Below are positions 55,301-64,000 of a stretch of 64,000 nucleotides of DNA, one piece after another. Every line of letters begins with the position of its first letter. Position 1 is the first letter of the stretch. The translations under genes were made by a program, and so were the position numbers. This DNA is from the human T2T-CHM13v2.0 reference genome, Homo sapiens: assembly GCA_009914755.4 (NCBI GenBank), contig CP086569.2:1696001-1760000 (forward strand), given 5' to 3'. The notes below the pieces were generated by a model that saw nothing but the letters and a program-made list of their open reading frames with translations, made no database searches and was not told where the DNA came from.

Positions 55301-55428
55301 GGCTGGGCACGGTGGCTCATGCCTGTAATCCCAGCACTTTGGGAACCCGAGGCGGGTGGATCACCTGAGGTCAGGAGTTCGAGAACAGCTGGCCAACGTG
55401 GAGAAACCCCGTCTCTACTGAAAAACAC
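55301..55428 (+). mobile_element. Alu left-monomer fragment
   Basis: ggctgggcacggtggctcatgcctgtaatcccagcactttgggaacccgaggcgggtggatcacctgaggtcaggagttcgagaacagctggccaacgtggagaaaccccgtctctactgaaaaacac. Confidence 0.9.
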
Positions 55429-55435
55429 GGGGTTT

Positions 55436-55627
55436 TGATTGTGAGGTCTCCCCAGCCATGTGGAACTGTGAGTCCATTAAACTGTTTTTTCTTTCTTTAT
55501 AAATTAACCAGTCTTTATTATAAATTATTATATATAAAAAATTATTATATATAAAAAATTATAAATTTTTCTTTCTTTATAAATTAACTAATCTTTATTA
55601 GCAGTGCGAGAACAGACTAATACACCA
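55436..55627 (+). mobile_element. THE1/MST-type MaLR LTR 3'-terminal fragment, with an internal AT-rich duplicated insert at 55520-55575
   Basis: tttgattgtgaggtctccccagccatgtggaactgtgagtccattaaactgttttttctttctttataaattaaccagtctttatt...ctttctttataaattaactaatctttattagcagtgcgagaacagactaatacacc matches the THE1 3' end gccatgattgtgaggcctccccagccatgtggaactgtgagtccattaaacctctttcctttataaattacccagtctcgggtatgtctttattagcagtgtgagaatggactaataca. Confidence 0.85.
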
Positions 55628-55697
55628 GGTAAGTATGTAGAGAATTATCCATGAATCCTTATATCCCGAAATAATTACTGCGTGCCCCCAACCCTGA

Positions 55698-56448
<751 letters not shown>

Positions 56449-57179
56449 AGACCTCATATTTTATGGGGACAGCACAACAGACCCTAACTATCCTTCAGAG
56501 TTCCACTCTGCGTCCAGGAATACATAGTGATGACAAGCTTGGGCACCTGCCTGAGCGCCAGAGACTTGGAACTCCATCAATTCCAGACCGCTTTGTGCTC
56601 TAAAATTCAGAATCCAATGGCAAAACCATCATCACTGCCAGAAAGACACCTGGTGGAGTCATAAGCCTCACACTCATTTTTCTCCTCCTCTCATTTCTAT
56701 TCATAGATCATCCCCAGGGTGGGATTGAAATCCACATTCTCCACAATCTGGATTTTTTCCAAGTCATCATTTATTAGCAGCATCTTGTGAAATCTCCTCC
56801 TAAGAAAGCAGATACGGTAAGAGTCACAATCTCTTAACGAATTTATCTGTAAGTCTCCGAGGAGTTCATTTTCTCCCTTTGCCTCTGATCCGGTTCATAT
56901 GGCGCAATCATCTTGTCCGCTGTGTGGCCATTCGAGCCGTCCACAGGAAGGGGCAGCTAAGTTCATTTAACTGTGACTCCCCGTTAAGGCTGCAGTAGCC
57001 CCATGTGCTCTGGTCCCGGCCAAGGCGTGGCGAGCTACCGCCCCATGCCCGCCGGACACAGAAGGAAAATCAAGCAGGGGAGGTGCCTGTCTGATGGTGG
57101 CGGCTCCTTCCTCACGGCCACTGCCCTCCTACCAGCCCGGTTCAGCCTGTCCTCCCCTCTCCTACTGCTTCTCTCTCAT

Positions 57180-57740
57180 CCCTTTCCCTGTCTCTTTCTG
57201 TGTCTTCCTTCTCTCTCTCTTTTCTCTGTCTCTCTGTCTCTCTCTCTCTTTCTCCCCTGCTCCCAGTCTCTCTCTCTGTCTCCTTCCCTCTCAGTCCCTC
57301 TCTGTCTCCCTGTCTGCCTCGGTCTCTCTGTCTATGTCCCCCCTCTGTCTCTGTCACTGCCTCTGTCTCTCTGTCTCTGTCCCCTCTCTGCCTCTCTGTC
57401 TCTATCTCTGTCTCTGTCTCTGTCTCTCTCTGTCTCTGTCTCTCTTCTCTGCCTCCGTCTCTCTGCCTCTCTCTGTCTCTCTCTCTGCCTCTGTCTCTCT
57501 CTCTGCTTCTCTCTGTCTCTGCCTCCCTCTCTGTCTCTCTGCTTGTCTCTCTGTCTCTGTCTCCCTCTCTGCCTGTCTCTGTCTGTCCCTATCTCTGTCA
57601 CTCTGTCTCTGTCTCCCTGTCTCTCTGTCTCTGCCTCCCTGTCTCTCTGCTTGTCTCTCTGTCTCTGTCTCCCTCTCTGTCTCTCTGTCTCTCCCTCTCT
57701 GTCTCTGCCTCCCTCTCTGTCTCTCTTTTTCCTGCTGCAA
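57180..57740. repeat. Long polypyrimidine (CTCTGTCT)n-type microsatellite, ~560 bp, with higher-order 30-40-bp periodicity
   Basis: tctctgtctctgcctccctctctgtctctctgcttgtctctctgtctctgtctccctctctgcctgtctctg... ; the plus strand is almost entirely C/T. ORFs 57003..57845 and others translate to S/L/C/P low-complexity peptides. Confidence 0.95.
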
Positions 57741-58439
57741 TTTCACATTCTCCACGAGTCACTGGCGTCCTGGACTTCCCATGAGAGAATGTCTGAGGCC
57801 GGCAGAATGAAATGCTGGGACGGACACAGCTTCATCCGTGCCTAACGAACAGCTGTCAGCGTCGCGCTGAAATCCTCCCGTGTCCGTGCCGGCTGCATTT
57901 GAGTCCCATCATTTCCTCGAGCAAATATTAAAGAATCAAGATTGCATTGTATCATCGCTGCGTGCCTTTTCTCTGAATGTCTGAGATTGTGACTAGAGGC
58001 ATTTGAATACAAGGATGACTGCTGGCAGAGGGGTACATCACAGGTCATCTCATGATTTGGCAGCATTCAGTCACGTATCCTTGATTGCTAAGTGACCAGA
58101 GGCTGGGCTGGGCTGGCTTTTAAATGGTGGTCATTTTTGAGTTATTACTGGAAGCTGAAGGATTTGGTTTAAATAGGCAGCTGCTTTAAAATAGATTTGT
58201 TTCAGAGAAACCCCAATAGAATTCATTTAACGTTTCCATCAAATGATCATAGTCATTACCCGAATGATTGTAATTCTCCCGGGAAAGCTGTTCCTTTTTC
58301 TTCTGGAAAATCAGAATATACCAAAATGGTCAGTACCTTGCTATTTTCGTGGCAATGACTAAAACCTGGACTGATGTTGCTAACCCTTTATTTTTCCATG
58401 ATTACGATTTCCATCATTAGGTACCTGTCTTACCTCCCT

Positions 58440-59330
<891 letters not shown>

Positions 59331-59439
59331 TGAAAAGAAAGATGATAGCTAAGAGAGTGTGTTCACGTTGCATTGATTTATATGATTCTCATCACCTTGA
59401 GTATATATTATCCTGATAAGACAATTATCATAATTCCTT

Positions 59440-60300
59440 GTATTACTATTCTCACACTGCCGTAACAAAATATCAGAGACTGGGAGGGTTAAACAGCAGA
59501 CATTGATTCTCCCACAGTCCTGGAGGCTGGAAGTCCGAGATCAAGATGTGAGCTGGGCTGATTCCTCCTGAGGCCGCTCTCCTTGGCTTGTAGATGACGT
59601 CTTCCCCTGTGTCTTCAAAGGGTCGCCCCTTTATGTGTGTCTGTGTCCTCGTCTCCTTTTCTTATGAGGTGTCTTAGTCCATCTCAGGCTGCTATCACAG
59701 AATACCATAGACTGGGTGGCTTAGAAACAACAGACATTGATTCTCCCACAGCCCTGGAGGCTGGACGTCCAAGATCAAGGTGTGGGCAGGGCTGGTTCCT
59801 CCTGAGGACTCTCTCCTGGGCTTGGAGATGCCGTCTTCTCCCTGTGCCCTCACAGGGTCGTCCCTCTGTGTGTGTCTGTGTCCCCATCTCCTCTCCTTAT
59901 GAGATGGCTTAGTCCATCTCAGGCTGCTGTCACAGAATACCAGAGGCTGGGTGGCTTATAAACAGCAGACATTGATTCTCCCACAGTCCTGGAGGCTGGA
60001 AGTCTGAGATCCAGGTGTGGGCAGGGCTGGTTCCTCCTGAGGCCTCTCTCCTGGGCTTGGAGACACCATCTTCTCCCTGTGTCCTCACAGGGTCTCCCCT
60101 CTGTGTGTGTCTGTGTCCTCATGTCCTCTTCTTATAAGGACCCCAGTCCTATTGGATAAGGGCCCACCCTACTGACCTCATTTTACCTTAATCCCCTCTT
60201 TAAACACCCCAACTCCAAACACAGTCACATCTTGAGGTCCTGGGGGTCAGGGGTTCAACCTAGGAATTTAGTGAGACACAGTTCCGTTCATAATACTCAT
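59440..60300 (-). mobile_element. ERVL-type LTR (MLT2-related) in reverse orientation, in which a ~234-bp segment is tandemly triplicated
   Basis: tctcccacag(t/c)cctggaggctgga(a/c)gtc(c/t)(g/a)agatc(a/c)ag(a/g)tgtg(a/g)gc(t/a)gggctg(a/g)ttcctcctgagg recurs at 59509, 59744 and 59977. Each unit ends ...tgtgtgtctgtgtcc(t/c)c(g/a)tctcct(tt/ct)tcttatgag(g/a)tg(t/g)cttagtccatctcaggctgct(a/g)tcacagaatacca(t/g)aggctgggtggctta. The final copy continues ...cttataaggaccccagtcctattggataagggcccaccctactgacctcattttaccttaatcccctctttaaacaccccaactccaaacacagtcacatcttgaggtcctgggggtcagg. Confidence 0.6.
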
Positions 60301-60831
60301 CTTTTCCCGAGAAAGGAAAAACTTCCAAAGATGAAAATGACTTCTGCAAGGACACACAACCCAGGCGGGCCTGGCGTTGAAAGCCAGGTCCAAGAAGCTG
60401 ACCAGCTTCAAGGTCAATGACTTCCTCTTGCGCTGGAAAGGATTCCTGTCAAGCCACCTCTTTCCTGAGCAAAGAGCTTGGAAATCCACATGTGGAAATT
60501 GCATTTTTATTACAGACTCTCCACCAGGGTGTAGATGTCCAATGAGAATGCAAAAGCATGGTCTGCCGTTATCATCAATCCAGCCTCGGCTGTCTTGGAA
60601 TTCACGCCGTGCCTCTGGGCCACGCATTGGCTTATGTATCCAGCAATTCTTTATGGAATGCCTACTTGAGCTAGGCGCAGGGGCGCTGAAGGTGACTAAA
60701 CTAGGTGGTTCAGGGAGACACACTGGGAAGAAAGGGAATGGATTAACCGTAGGTACCCAAGTCATTGAGGTTTCAGCATCTCCTGCAGAGGAATCAAGGG
60801 GACACTGAATGCATAAAAACAGACGATAATC

Positions 60832-61185
60832 GGCCGGGCGTGATGGCTCACGCCTGTCCTCCCGGCACTTTGGGAGGCTGAGGCGGTCAGTCAGATCACC
60901 TGAGGTCAGGAGTTTGAGACCAGCCTGGCCAACATGGTGAAACCCTGTCTCTACCAAAAATACAAATGTCAGCCGGGCGTGGTGGTGGGCGCCTGTAATC
61001 CCACCTACTCGGGAGGCTGAGGCAGGAGAATCGCTTGAACCCTGGAGGCAGAGGTTGTGGTGACTTGAGATAGCCCATTGCACTCCAGCCTGGCAACAGA
61101 GCGAGACTCCGTCTAAAACACAAAACAAAACAAAAACTCACGAAAAAAACAACAAAGAACAAGAACAAAAACAAATGGTAAATGT
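60832..61185 (+). mobile_element. Alu SINE with a long A-rich (AACAA/ACAAA) tail. It is flanked by an ~85-bp diverged direct duplication, not a simple TSD.
   Basis: cggccgggcgtgatggctcacgcctgtcctcccggcactttgggaggctgaggcggtcagtcagatcacctgagg...gcgagactccgtctaaaacacaaaacaaaacaaaaactcacgaaaaaaacaacaaagaacaagaacaaaaacaaatgg. 60747-60830 (gtaggtacccaagtcattgaggtttcagcatctcctgcagaggaatcaaggggacactgaatgcataaaaacagacgataat) is a diverged copy of 61190-61275 (gtaggtacccaagtcattgaggtttcagcatgtcctgcagaggaatcagggagatcccagatgcttgaaaacagaggataat). Confidence 0.9.
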
Positions 61186-61609
61186 AGGTACCCAAGTCAT
61201 TGAGGTTTCAGCATGTCCTGCAGAGGAATCAGGGAGATCCCAGATGCTTGAAAACAGAGGATAATTAATAAATAGGCTACGTATCATGTCCCTGGGCACT
61301 CAGCCACAATGCACCTGCTTTCATCTATGCATTGGGTTATCACACCTGACTGTCAGGAGTGCTGGATTGTGGGCTATGAGAATTGATCCCCAGCGAGGCA
61401 CGAGTCAAATCCAACCTCTGACTCATCAACCCTATTCCAGCATGTTCTCACTGAGCCTGATTATGCCAGGTGAGGCCAGAGGGTAGAGAGAAAAAGGTGA
61501 GCCCTTCTGATGCAGGGCAGGTGAGCCCCTACATCAGGGTAACCTAAGAGGGTTCTTAGCTTTGCCCAGAAAAGAATTCAAGGGCGAGCCGGTGGTGTTA
61601 GACAGCAAC

Positions 61610-62038
<429 letters not shown>

Positions 62039-62194
62039 TAGGCAATGCACCTGGAGCAGAAGCTTAGAGGCAGTTCTACAGGCATATTGATACCCACTGC
62101 TAATTACATGCAAATGAAGGGGTGGTGATGCAGAAATTTCTAGAAAAAGGGCGGTAACGTCCGGATCATTGGATTGTTGCCATGGCAACGGTAA

Positions 62195-63527
<1,333 letters not shown>

Positions 63528-63590
63528 GCCGCTCTTCCTCATTTCTATTGAATTGATTTCTGTAAATGTTCAAGAGCATTTCACAAATAA

Positions 63591-63878
<288 letters not shown>

Positions 63879-64000
63879 TGCCCCTATTGGCTTATTTATT
63901 TAATTTTGTGCTGACACAGGAAGGCTGCTGGAGATTAAATATTCACTCTCCACTGTGGCTTTGAGGAATATAAAATTTCCGTTTTCACCCCATTTGCTAT

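Noticed and set aside
57003-57845. 280-aa and 238-aa plus-strand ORFs and arginine/glutamate-rich minus-strand ORFs over 57.0-57.8 kb; similar ORFs at 16197-16878, 25492-26118 and 58380-58962
   Set aside because: All run through CT-rich, GA-rich or CA-rich microsatellites and encode low-complexity S/L/C/P or R/E/K or H/T/D peptides in every frame. They are not coding.

Overview
This is primate (human-type) nuclear genomic DNA, not a prokaryotic locus. I found no CDS, rRNA, tRNA, CRISPR array or operon structure that I can support. Every long ORF in the six-frame track runs through Alu elements, L1 ORF2 remnants or low-complexity tandem repeats. Roughly two thirds of the window is recognisable interspersed or tandem repeat. 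There are about 75 Alu copies or fragments (many with flanking target-site duplications), and about 9 LINE-1 fragments, both young L1PA-like 3' ends and old L1M pieces. There are MaLR (THE1/MST-type) and ERVL (MLT2-type) LTRs with nested insertions, and a diverged HERV-K-like solo LTR that split an Alu. The tandem arrays include a 148-bp unit (5 copies), a 77-bp unit (8 copies), a 57-bp unit (5 copies), an 84-bp unit (13 copies) and two separate arrays of a ~340-bp LTR-derived unit (3 copies each). There are also long GGAA/GAAA, CT-rich and CA/GACA microsatellites with higher-order periodicity. The rest is unique non-coding-looking sequence. No previously undescribed coding system is evident. 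The interesting signals are structural: LTR-derived tandem arrays, intra-window segmental duplications and a template-switch-like rearrangement. All coordinates are approximate (about +/-10 bp), read by eye.
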